Below, one piece after another: positions 1-8,556 of a stretch of DNA of 64,000 nt. The stretch comes from Geopsychrobacteraceae bacterium (GTDB lineage: Bacteria > Desulfobacterota > Desulfuromonadia > Desulfuromonadales > Geopsychrobacteraceae): NCBI GenBank assembly GCA_963676795.2, contig CAXXTB010000002.1:2368001-2432000 (forward strand), written 5' to 3'. The notes beneath the pieces were generated by a model. The model did not search any database, was not told where the DNA came from, and saw only the letters and a list, made by a program, of their open reading frames with translations. The stretch's first letter is position 1. Every line of letters begins with the position of its first letter. The translations under genes and the position numbers were made by a program.

Positions 1-1
1 G

Positions 2-232
2 AATGCGCTTGAGAACGTCTGGCGCAGGTCGCGCAAAAACGGCAGCTGGCTGCTCCTCTCCGGTGTCCACCAGCAGCCATTGAACCTGTTACAGAAATCA
101 GGGGTCGCTGAGCTGATCGGCAGGGAAAACATCTTCCCGCATATCGATGCCGCCCTGGAGCGGGCCAGATATTTACTTGAAACGAAAAAGCATCAATCGG
201 CGTCAGCCCCGAAGGACAGTTCAAGCGCATAA
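2..232 (+). CDS. C-terminal end (STAS domain) of a SulP-family anion transporter, partial (5' end outside window)
   Basis: Frame from nt 2 reads NALENVWRRSRKNGSWLLLSGVHQQPLNLLQKSGVAELIGRENIFPHIDAAL...*, stop TAA 230-232. LLLSGV..QP...L.KSG...IG.ENIF is typical of the SulP STAS tail. Confidence 0.8.
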   Translation, partial: NALENVWRRSRKNGSWLLLSGVHQQPLNLLQKSGVAELIGRENIFPHIDAALERARYLLETKKHQSASAPKDSSSA

Positions 233-897
233 CGGACATGAAGTTCTGCTGTATCAAAGAGCGGCAGAGGCAGATCGTCCTGACGAAGCAGTAAGGGAAT
301 CTCTGTACAGCCCAGGACAATCCCCTGGGCTCCCTGAAGCTCGAGTTCCGAGATGATCTCCAGATAAGAGAGCATGGTCTCCTTGCTAAATTCGCCACGA
401 CAGAGTTCGGTGAAAATCGTCTTGTGGATATAATCCCTGTCGGCTTCATCAGGAATAATCACCTCAAGTCCGTAGCGCTCGCTCAGTCGCGCACGATAGA
501 AGTCTTCTTCCATGGTATAACGGGTCCCCAGCAGCCCGACACGGGTCAACCCCTTGGAGCGGATTTCACGGCCGACGGCATCACCGATATGCACCAGAGG
601 CACCGAAATATGTTCCGCAACCTGAGGAGCAACCTTGTGCATAAGATTGGTGCAGATCATCAGCAGTTCCGCGCCGGCGGATTCGAGGGCCGCAGCTTTG
701 GCGGCCATCATCTCGGCCAGCGTTGTCCAGTCCCCCATTGACTGAAGCGCCTCAACCTCGGCAAAGTCAACACTGTCGAGTAGCAGTTTGGCCGAGTGAA
801 GCCCGCCAAGCCGCGCCTTGACCTGTTCGTTGAACAATCTGTAATAAAGGGATGTGGATTCCCAGCTCATGCCGCCCAGCATACCGATAGTTTTCAT
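193..897 (-). CDS. Aspartate/glutamate racemase family protein (YgeA/RacX-like)
   Basis: MKTIGMLGGMSWEST start, ICTN and LGCTEI catalytic Cys motifs, GLLGTRYTME. Confidence 0.95.
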   Translation of the reverse strand: MKTIGMLGGMSWESTSLYYRLFNEQVKARLGGLHSAKLLLDSVDFAEVEALQSMGDWTTLAEMMAAKAAALESAGAELLMICTNLMHKVAPQVAEHISVPLVHIGDAVGREIRSKGLTRVGLLGTRYTMEEDFYRARLSERYGLEVIIPDEADRDYIHKTIFTELCRGEFSKETMLSYLEIISELELQGAQGIVLGCTEIPLLLRQDDLPLPLFDTAELHVRYALELSFGADAD

Positions 898-1216
898 AAT
901 TAAAGACTCCTTGCCACACGAAAAGACCAGTAAGAATTATTCTTATAAAATAATCAATCTACGCCCTTGATTTTTCGTCACAGGTCGCAGTAACATACAT
1001 AAGTATACAAGAGGCTTCAGATGTTTTTGCAAGACAAGAGACGCTCATCAAGAAAGGCTCAAGAAGAAAAAGCAGATCACCAGTTCTGGTTTGGGCAATA
1101 TCTGGTTCAGACCGACCTCCCCGCTTTCGATTCCACCGCAATGACAACGACCTTGGCTGAAAGAGCGTCACCAATTTCGATTTTTACTTGGTTTTTCTTA
1201 GACTTGCAAAAAAAAC

Positions 1217-1245
1217 TTGACTTTGCGGTCACCAATACATAGGAT
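1217..1245 (+). promoter_or_regulatory. Putative sigma-70 promoter for the cyclase gene
   Basis: TTGACT-17 nt-TAGGAT, about 70 nt upstream of the ATG at 1314. Confidence 0.5.
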
Positions 1246-1313
1246 GCCGCATACTGAAACCTACATCCACGATGTGAAACTTTTTTACAAATGTGAGACA
1301 AAAGGAGCAACCC

Positions 1314-2246
1314 ATGGGAAAGAAAGTTTTTGTTGATCTGAGCCATCCATTCTTTGGTGACATGCCTCTCTGGCCATACTTCTCCAAGCCAGAAATTGCA
1401 CCAATGCACAGCATGGCCAAAGGTGGCGTTCTGACTCAGACCATCAAGTGCACCATGCACACCGGTACCCACGCTGACGCCCCACGTCACGTTATGGAAA
1501 GAATGTTCGATGGCCGCCGCGCTCTCTACTCCCACGAACTGCCATGTGATGCTTACTGTGGCGACGCAGTCTGCCTCGACGTTAAAGTTCCTGATTGGGG
1601 TTTGATCCTGCCAGAGCACCTGGAAGACGCATGTAAGCGCGCTAACATCAAGCCAGAAGAACTCGAAGGCATGGTTGTTTGTGTCCGCACCGGTATGCAC
1701 CTCAAATTCGACGACAGCAAAGACTACTACCACTACTCCTGTGGCCCAGGTGTTGAAGCTGGTCGTTGGTTCGTCAAGAACAAAGTCAAAGTCGTTGCTC
1801 TTGACCAGCAAGCTCTTGACCACCCACTGCACACCTCCATGGGTAACAACGGTACCTGCATGAAGCTGCAGGGTAAGAGCGGCAAGAACATCTGTGAAGA
1901 GTACACCGAGCAGTTCGGTGAAGAAGCTTACGCAGAGTTCGACAAAGAGCTCTACATCAAGATCCACGGCAAAGAAAAATACGACGCTAAATTCGGCGAT
2001 CTGGAAGCTATCGGCTGCTACGGCACCTGGGAGCCTTGCCACAAAGTTCTGCTCGGCAACGGTATCGTTGGCGTTGAGAACCTCGGTGGTGACCTGGAGA
2101 AAGTTGTTGGCAAGCGTTTCCGTTTCTTCGCTCTGCCAATCCGCTGGCACCTGGGTGACGGCTCCATGGTTCGCTGCGTTGCCGAGATCGACGAAGACGA
2201 TCTGAACGATGCACCAAGCCGCGAGTACCCATACGGCGCAATGTAA
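1314..2246 (+). CDS. Cyclase-family (kynurenine formamidase-like) metal-dependent hydrolase
   Basis: HTGTHADAP motif, VDLSHP start, GVENLGG and GDGSMVR near C-terminus. AAGGAG RBS before ATG 1314. Confidence 0.9.
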   Translation: MGKKVFVDLSHPFFGDMPLWPYFSKPEIAPMHSMAKGGVLTQTIKCTMHTGTHADAPRHVMERMFDGRRALYSHELPCDAYCGDAVCLDVKVPDWGLILPEHLEDACKRANIKPEELEGMVVCVRTGMHLKFDDSKDYYHYSCGPGVEAGRWFVKNKVKVVALDQQALDHPLHTSMGNNGTCMKLQGKSGKNICEEYTEQFGEEAYAEFDKELYIKIHGKEKYDAKFGDLEAIGCYGTWEPCHKVLLGNGIVGVENLGGDLEKVVGKRFRFFALPIRWHLGDGSMVRCVAEIDEDDLNDAPSREYPYGAM

Positions 2247-2278
2247 TCGGACGAAACCTCAAGGTTTCTGAAGCTTAT

Positions 2279-2322
2279 AAAAGAAATGCCATGATGAGAG
2301 ATCATCATGGCATTTTCTTTTT
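2279..2322. terminator. Bidirectional intrinsic terminator between cyclase and kinase genes
   Basis: aaatgccatgatga-gaga-tcatcatggcattt hairpin flanked by A- and T-tracts. Confidence 0.8.
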
Positions 2323-2353
2323 GCCCTCCGCTACGCTACCTTCAGCTCCCGCC

Positions 2354-4129
2354 TCAGCCGAGAATCGAACGAATCTTGGTTTTCAGCAGCTCAAACGAAA
2401 TCGGTTTTTGTAAGAACTGAAAACTGTCTCTGTTCACATCCTGACTGGTAATGATGTCTGAGGCATAACCGGACATAAGCAGAACCTTGATTTGCGGCCG
2501 CAGGGTCATGATTTTTTCGCTCAACTCTTTACCGGTCATTTTCGGCATAATCAGATCAGATATCAGCAGATGAATCTCATCTTCATCACTTTTAGCAAGT
2601 TCGATTGCAACATCAACATCAGCAGCAGCCAGGACATGATAGCCTGCCTCTTCGAGCATCTCTTTTTTCAGATAAAGCAGCATTGTATCATCTTCAACCA
2701 GAAGGATCCTCCCACTCCCCGGGGAGTATTCGTCCGCATAGTTGCCAGATTCAACATAAAGGCTCTCATCGACCCGAGGCAGATAAATCTGGAATTCCGT
2801 TCCTAGCCCCGCTCCGGTATAAAACCTTATAAAACCGCCATTCTGTTTGACAGCGCCAAATACTGTTGCCAATCCGAGCCCCGTTCCCGAACCGACGCTC
2901 TTTGTCGTATAGAAAGGCTCAAAAATATACTCACGAATCTCTTCATCAATCCCGGGACCGTTGTCCTTGACCGAAATTCGAACATAATCTCCTGGTGAAC
3001 ATTCGAAATTCGGGACTCTGCATTCGTTTTCAGTGACATGCAAATTTTCAGTTTTCAGGAGGATGGTTCCGCTACCAGCTATGGCATCACGCGAATTGAC
3101 GCAGAGATTGGTCAGAATCTGATCAGCCTGGGTCGGATCGATCCTGACAGGCCAGACACTTTCTGCAGGTTCCCAGACCAGCGAAACGGACTCACCGATA
3201 AGGCGCTGCAACATTTTCTGAATTTGGCTTATTGTCTCATTGATATCAACAACCCTGGGCGAAATGACCTGTTTACGGGCGAAGGTCAGAAGCTGACGGG
3301 TCAAATCCGCCGAACGCCTGGATGCCGTACAGATCTCCTCAAGGTCCGACGTGATATCCTGCTGTCGTCTGAGTTTCAACAAGGCGATCTCGGCACGACC
3401 GAGAATAACCCCGAGCATATTGTTGAAGTCGTGTGCCACACCCCCGGCAAGATGACCGATCGATTCTATTTTCTTGGCATGATGAAGCTGATTTTCAAGC
3501 ATCAATCGATCCTCCTCGGCCTGCCGCAGCACCGTGATGTCTCGTCCGATGCCAAGAACACCGACAATGCCACCCTGAGGATCGTACATCGGGGTTTTTA
3601 TCGTAAACAGAAGAGCCTTTTGTTGCGTATCAGAAAAAACGATCCACTCCTCATTGCTGGTTGGCTTACCGGCCTCTACCGCCTGACTGTCGTGTATCCT
3701 GAAAAACTCGGCCAACTCCTTATCAAACAGATCGAAATCGGTTTTTCCGATAAGCTCTGATTCCTTATAGCCGGCAAACCTTTCAAACATGGCATTGCAG
3801 GAGAGATAGCGCCCCTGGGCATCCTTCAGCCAGATCAGATCCGGAATGGTATTGACCAGGCTGCGGAAACGTTCTTCACTCTGAACCAGGGTAGCCGCCC
3901 CTTGCGACTGAACGTGCAAGGCCCTCTTGACCAGATAATAGAGCAGAATAGCCGTGACAATGATAAATCCCCAGCCCTTGATCGTCTGAAGTCTGGCAAG
4001 AACCAAGGAGTCTCCGGTCATAAGCAACAGGAGACGATCCGAGAAAAGAATCCACAGCAGGCCAAAGAGACTGTAAAGTCCCGCGACCTTCAGCGATCGA
4101 TGTATGATATTTCGCTCAATTGATTCCAT
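2354..4129 (-). CDS. Membrane-bound PAS hybrid sensor histidine kinase / response regulator
   Basis: Two N-terminal TM helices, PAS (IPDLIWLKDAQGRYLSCN), H-box GGVAHDFNN, N-box NLCVNSRDA, G boxes DNGPGI/GTGLGL, C-terminal receiver (LVEDD, SDLIMP, KP). Confidence 0.95.
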   Translation of the reverse strand: MESIERNIIHRSLKVAGLYSLFGLLWILFSDRLLLLMTGDSLVLARLQTIKGWGFIIVTAILLYYLVKRALHVQSQGAATLVQSEERFRSLVNTIPDLIWLKDAQGRYLSCNAMFERFAGYKESELIGKTDFDLFDKELAEFFRIHDSQAVEAGKPTSNEEWIVFSDTQQKALLFTIKTPMYDPQGGIVGVLGIGRDITVLRQAEEDRLMLENQLHHAKKIESIGHLAGGVAHDFNNMLGVILGRAEIALLKLRRQQDITSDLEEICTASRRSADLTRQLLTFARKQVISPRVVDINETISQIQKMLQRLIGESVSLVWEPAESVWPVRIDPTQADQILTNLCVNSRDAIAGSGTILLKTENLHVTENECRVPNFECSPGDYVRISVKDNGPGIDEEIREYIFEPFYTTKSVGSGTGLGLATVFGAVKQNGGFIRFYTGAGLGTEFQIYLPRVDESLYVESGNYADEYSPGSGRILLVEDDTMLLYLKKEMLEEAGYHVLAAADVDVAIELAKSDEDEIHLLISDLIMPKMTGKELSEKIMTLRPQIKVLLMSGYASDIITSQDVNRDSFQFLQKPISFELLKTKIRSILG

Positions 4130-4216
4130 GTTTTCTGTCCCTTTGGCTCATAGCAATATAAGGGTTCAGCGTGCTATGACAACCGAGAGACGCAAAGATG
4201 CGCCAAACCCGGAATC

Positions 4217-6307
4217 TCAGATCAGGCTGAAATCGATACGCCGCCGCCAGAGCTCAACCTTATCGAGAATCACCCGAACAGGTTTACCGATACGGAACTC
4301 CTGGCGGCGCCGCTCGCCGACCAGGGCCATACGTCCAGCATCAAAATAGTAATAGTCATCGTTCAGGCTGCGGACATGAACAAGCCCTTCGATATAGAGG
4401 TCATCCAGCTCGACGAAAAAACCGAATTCGGTGACCGAGGAAATCACCCCGCTGAATTCTTCGCCAACCCTGTCACGCATCAGCTGGCAACGGCGCAGGT
4501 CGACAAGATCGCGCTCGGCAAGCATCGCCCGCCGTTCTTTGGCGGAACAATCCCTGCCCAGGATTTCAAGCCGGGGCAGATCCAGCCCCTCAGATTTGGG
4601 CCGCTGCTGCAGGGCCAACTTGAGAACCCGGTGGACGACAAGGTCAGGGTAGCGCCTGATCGGCGAGGTAAAATGGCAGTAACACTCCGCGGCCAAGCCA
4701 AAGTGGCCGACGTTCTGCGGCGCATACCTCGCCTGTTGCAGGCTGCGCAGCAGCTGCTGATTGAGCAGACGCCCTTCCGGCAGGTCCGCCGCTTCTGCCA
4801 GCATCTGCTGCAGATGTTTGTGCAACTGTTTCTTGCCGACCAGCAGCCCGATTCCACATTCAGCCGCCAACTGCTGCAGTTCCTGGAGCTTATCCAGAGC
4901 GGGTTGCTCATGAATACGGTAGAGAAAATCCCAACCCTGATCGCGCAGAAAGCCAGCAACCGCCTCGTTGGCCGCGAGCATGAACTCCTCGATCAGACGA
5001 TGGGCCTGGTTTCTTTCGATCTTTTCCAGGGAAACGGCCTTGCCCGTATCGTCAACGATAACTTCGACCTCGGGGATTTCCAGATCGAGACTACCTCGCT
5101 CAAGGCGCATACGAGTCAGGATTGCAGAAAATTCCGCCATGGCGAGCAATTGCTCGGTCAGATCCGCCTCCAGAGTCGAGGTCGCCGGGTGGTCGAGAAT
5201 TTCAGCCACGCGAGTGTAGGTCAGGCGTGCCCGACTGCGGATCACAGCCGGATAGAAATCAGCCGACTTCAACTGCCCCTGTGAGTCAAAAAGCATCTCC
5301 GCGGTCATCGCCAGGCGCTCTTCTTCGGGACGCAGGGAACAGATACCGTTACTCAGCTCTTCAGGCAGCATCGGTAAGCAGAAACCCGGGAAATAGACAC
5401 TGGTTCCACGCTCAACGGCATCCTTGTCGAGAGCACTTCCCGGCGTGACATAGTGGGCGACATCTGCAATAGAGACCCACAGCCGGTAACTCTCCCCTTC
5501 CTTTCTCAGCGCAACAGCATCATCAAAGTCCCGGGCGGTCTCACCGTCGATCGTCACCAGCGACAGACCACGCAGGTCCGTGCGCCCTTTCAGCTCTTCA
5601 CCACTGAATTCGCCGACAATCTGCCCGGCTTCCTCCAGTGTCGCCGGTGAAAAAACATGGGGCAACCCGTGGCTGCGAATCACAGTTTCAATATCGACGC
5701 GCGGATCATCGAGCTCGCCGAGCACCTCGAGCACCCTGCCGCTGGCGGCCTGCTCAGCCGAAGCGTAGCGTTCGATTTCGACCTCGACGACCTGACCCGG
5801 CTCGATATCGGCCGGTGGCATGATATGGACCGGCCCGCCTAGTTTCTGTTCCAGCGGCCAGATCACATGGCTGCGGCCGCGTTGCTGATAAACACCGACC
5901 AGTTTTGAATGGGCCCGTTCTTCGATGCGGATGATCTCGCCGTAGGGACGACGGTCCCGTGGCGAAAAGCGCACATTGGCAACCACCCGATCGCCATCCA
6001 TCGCGGTTCCCGTATGACGGGCCGGAATGAACAGATCCTCCAGATCGGTCTTGTCGGGGCGGAGGAAACCGAAGCCCTGATCAGTCTGGGAAAAAATCCC
6101 GACCAGCTGCTGCTGCGATTTTTTCAAGCGGTAGCGCCCCTTGCGCTCTTCCAGTAATTGCTGCCGTACCATCTGGTTGAGAACCTTGGTCAATATCTTC
6201 CGCTCGCCGCCACGCAGATCAAGAGCTTCCGCCAATTCACGGCGATCAAGAGGCCGCTTGTCACGTTTACCGAGCAGGGTGAGTATCTTCTGTTCCAGAG
6301 GTTGCAT
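4217..6307 (-). CDS. rnr: Ribonuclease R
   Basis: N-terminal HTH and CSD (GFGFL), TIDGETARDFDDAV catalytic motif, HFTSPIRRYPDL, C-terminal S1 domain. Confidence 0.96.
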   Translation of the reverse strand: MQPLEQKILTLLGKRDKRPLDRRELAEALDLRGGERKILTKVLNQMVRQQLLEERKGRYRLKKSQQQLVGIFSQTDQGFGFLRPDKTDLEDLFIPARHTGTAMDGDRVVANVRFSPRDRRPYGEIIRIEERAHSKLVGVYQQRGRSHVIWPLEQKLGGPVHIMPPADIEPGQVVEVEIERYASAEQAASGRVLEVLGELDDPRVDIETVIRSHGLPHVFSPATLEEAGQIVGEFSGEELKGRTDLRGLSLVTIDGETARDFDDAVALRKEGESYRLWVSIADVAHYVTPGSALDKDAVERGTSVYFPGFCLPMLPEELSNGICSLRPEEERLAMTAEMLFDSQGQLKSADFYPAVIRSRARLTYTRVAEILDHPATSTLEADLTEQLLAMAEFSAILTRMRLERGSLDLEIPEVEVIVDDTGKAVSLEKIERNQAHRLIEEFMLAANEAVAGFLRDQGWDFLYRIHEQPALDKLQELQQLAAECGIGLLVGKKQLHKHLQQMLAEAADLPEGRLLNQQLLRSLQQARYAPQNVGHFGLAAECYCHFTSPIRRYPDLVVHRVLKLALQQRPKSEGLDLPRLEILGRDCSAKERRAMLAERDLVDLRRCQLMRDRVGEEFSGVISSVTEFGFFVELDDLYIEGLVHVRSLNDDYYYFDAGRMALVGERRRQEFRIGKPVRVILDKVELWRRRIDFSLI

Positions 6308-6374
6308 AAATTCACTTTCATCGCTGAATAATCGCAGAGCGCTGCGCTATCATTACCAATGTGGTCATATTTTA

Positions 6375-6403
6375 TTGTCAGACCGTATCGTTTCGGATAT
6401 TCT
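6375..6403 (+). promoter_or_regulatory. Putative sigma-70 promoter for the selenoprotein gene
   Basis: TTGTCA-17 nt-TATTCT upstream of the AAGGAG RBS and ATG 6438. Confidence 0.5.
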
Positions 6404-6437
6404 GCGGGGAATCACATATTTTTGAAAGGAGAAAACA

Positions 6438-6776
6438 ATGAAAATTGAATGGGCATACCTGCGCAAGGGCTGAACCTCCTGCGTCAAGGCCCAGGAGTTC
6501 CTGGGATCCAACAGCATTGAGATCGAAACCAGCACGGATGCACGCAAAGAACGGATTGACGATGAAGCTGCATGGCAGCTGGTCAGTGACGCCACCACTG
6601 TGCATGTCGCCAAGGGAAAAAAGGTTGATGTTTTGACACCGGCAGCTGATGGACGAGAGCCCTGCCTGACCAAAGTCATGGGTCCGAGCGGCAACCTGCG
6701 TGCCCCGACCCTGAAGATCGGTGACACGCTGATTGTCGGCTTCCATCAGCAACTATACGAATCAGTGTTAAGTTAA
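6438..6776 (+). CDS. ArsC/Spx-like thioredoxin-fold selenoprotein (UxxC), 112 aa, in-frame TGA at codon 12
   Basis: Manual translation: MKIEWAYLRKG[U]TSCVKAQEFL...VAKGKK...MGPSGNLRAPTLKIGDTLIVGFHQQLYESVLS*. TGA 6471-6473 occupies the first Cys position of a CxxC. Strong RBS. Absent from the ORF track because of the TGA. Confidence 0.88.
6490..6505 (+). promoter_or_regulatory. Bacterial SECIS-like hairpin
   Basis: CCCAGG-AGTT-CCTGGG. Apical loop begins 22 nt after the UGA with G as the second loop base, matching the bacterial SECIS model. Confidence 0.7.
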
Positions 6777-6781
6777 ATGTC

Positions 6782-7168
6782 TTAAACGTCCTGGTCCTGG
6801 TCGGCCTTGACCGCCTGCTTCAGCCAGTCGATCTCGCCGGGAACCAGTTCTTTGGAAAACTGACTCCCGATGTTGATTGCCCAGTGCAGACTATCGGGGG
6901 TCAGTTCAGCCAGATGATAGCCCATAAAGACCGCATGCGGCACCGTCTGACCGGCCCAATGAGTCAAGCGCTCCTCGCTGTCAAACAGCATCATGTAGTG
7001 CTTCTCTTCCGATTCGAGGATCATCGGCGCAACATTTTCCGGCTGATCGTCCGGAGCTTCACTCAGAGGAATATAGAATTCGGTGTTCAGCACTTCTTCA
7101 TAATATGGCTCCTGCCCATTTTCATGATCGTCGATAAATTTCTGCAGGGCATCGTCCAGCTTACTCAT
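6782..7168 (-). CDS. SseB-family (N-terminal domain) protein
   Basis: FYIP...PMILE.E.K.YMMLFDSEERL..W...AINIGS.FSKEL...EI pattern. ATG at 7168 with GGAG RBS. Confidence 0.65.
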   Translation of the reverse strand: MSKLDDALQKFIDDHENGQEPYYEEVLNTEFYIPLSEAPDDQPENVAPMILESEEKHYMMLFDSEERLTHWAGQTVPHAVFMGYHLAELTPDSLHWAINIGSQFSKELVPGEIDWLKQAVKADQDQDV

Positions 7169-7208
7169 GATTTCTCCTTTTGTGTCCCTCAAACTTCACG
7201 GAAGAGGG

Positions 7209-7517
7209 TTAACAGCATTCCTGTTCGATCCGGTCAAGAAGCTTGAGCGCTTCTTCATCCTCGTATTCTTCAAAAATCTCGTAGAGATTATTGACATAAT
7301 TATGAATCAGAAACAATTCGTCAATGATCCGTCCGTCGATCTCTCTGCCGACCGTGGCCAGGCGCTCTTTGAACTTTTCCCAGAAGGCGTTGGTCTTGGC
7401 CGGATCATCGATGTGTCTGCGCAGCATCTCCATCAGCCGCCTGGAATTCCCTTCACAGTCGATATTGGTATAGGTCACATAACGGTCGGTCTTGGTCGTA
7501 CATTTACAGTCTGTCAT
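7209..7517 (-). CDS. cowN: N2-fixation sustaining protein CowN (CO protection of nitrogenase)
   Basis: DRYVTY.NIDC.GN..., NAFWEKF, ELFLIH, C-terminal L..IEQECC; located in a nif operon. Confidence 0.88.
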   Translation of the reverse strand: MTDCKCTTKTDRYVTYTNIDCEGNSRRLMEMLRRHIDDPAKTNAFWEKFKERLATVGREIDGRIIDELFLIHNYVNNLYEIFEEYEDEEALKLLDRIEQECC

Positions 7518-7530
7518 GGCAAATCAACCT

Positions 7531-8538
7531 TCAATCATCAGTTACAAAACATAGTGCAAAATCGCTGCAATCCCCGCAGTTCGGCGTTTTACACATCACA
7601 CCGCCGCCAAGGTCACAGACCCGTTTAAACAGAAAGCGTTTCCAGCGCATCCCCTTGTTATTGGCTTCGGCCAGCTCCGGCAGATGTCGCCGGATCGCAG
7701 CAGTCAACTGCGGCCGTTTGAGCAGCCCCATGGCCACCCACAGATGGCCCTTGTGCGCAGCCCGTGCGGCCAGGATCTGGGCCAGAAGCCAGGCAGGGCT
7801 GGTTGCCTCAGCATCAGCCGGAACAAAAGAGAACAGCACATCCTCAACATCCGCGTTGATCTGCGGCGGTGCAATCAGAATCGGCTGTTTACCGTCCACC
7901 AGGCGACGATCAAAATAAGGAAACCAGGTCGCAAAGAGTGCGGCCAGCTGCTCTTCATTCAGCCCCAGAGCGGCCGTCATCGGACAATCTTCCTGGGTCG
8001 CCACGGTGATCAGGCTGGCAAACAGTTGCCTGTCCTCGGGATCGCATCCTTGCGGAGCGGTGGAGGCCAGCAAGGCCAGATAGAGGGGATCGCTCGCACA
8101 GACACGTGGCCCATGATCCTCTTCACTTTTCAGTTCCACGCTGACCACCGAACCATCACCCAGTGCACTTCGGACTGCCGCTTGCAGAGCCTGGACAGCG
8201 AGATCGGCACAGTAACCACGGTCGTCAGGCAGATCATGGTTCAACTGGCGATGCACAGCAACAGCGTCAACCTTCTGCACATCAGCCAGAAGTTGACCTT
8301 CACTCAATTCGGCCGCCACACTGCAGGCGGCAATGGTAAAACCACAGCCAAACACCTGAAAACGGATCTGCGCTACTTGGTCCCGCTCAACCCGCAGTGT
8401 AAAGCGCACAGCCAGCCGCTGACCGACAGCCGAACCATCAAGCCCCGTTTCCCCGGTTCCATCGGCATTCTCGATCTGGCCGACCCGGCGGGAGTCGTTG
8501 ACGTAGGCCATCAAACGTTCGGTATATCCCTGTTCCAT
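7531..8538 (-). CDS. nifQ: IscU/NifU_N-like domain fused to NifQ (Mo donor for FeMo-co)
   Basis: C-terminus HLW..MGL..R..L...RH....N..GMRWKRF and Cx4Cx2Cx5C (CKTPNCGDCSDFALC). N-terminus IRFQVFGCG..IA and GYC resemble IscU. ATG 8538 with GAGG RBS. Confidence 0.85.
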   Translation of the reverse strand: MEQGYTERLMAYVNDSRRVGQIENADGTGETGLDGSAVGQRLAVRFTLRVERDQVAQIRFQVFGCGFTIAACSVAAELSEGQLLADVQKVDAVAVHRQLNHDLPDDRGYCADLAVQALQAAVRSALGDGSVVSVELKSEEDHGPRVCASDPLYLALLASTAPQGCDPEDRQLFASLITVATQEDCPMTAALGLNEEQLAALFATWFPYFDRRLVDGKQPILIAPPQINADVEDVLFSFVPADAEATSPAWLLAQILAARAAHKGHLWVAMGLLKRPQLTAAIRRHLPELAEANNKGMRWKRFLFKRVCDLGGGVMCKTPNCGDCSDFALCFVTDD

Positions 8539-8556
8539 GCTGCGCCTCACTGGTTC

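Noticed and set aside
1272..1290. TGTGAA...TTTACAA resembling a Rex/CRP site
   Set aside because: Spacing is one base off both consensus patterns and the right arm is imperfect.
1107..2150. 347-aa antisense ORF over the cyclase gene
   Set aside because: Shadow frame produced by strong codon bias of the real gene; no recognisable motifs.
6365..6752. ORF-track calls on both strands in the rnr-sseB gap
   Set aside because: All are better explained by the UGA-containing selenoprotein frame, which has a promoter, RBS and family motifs.
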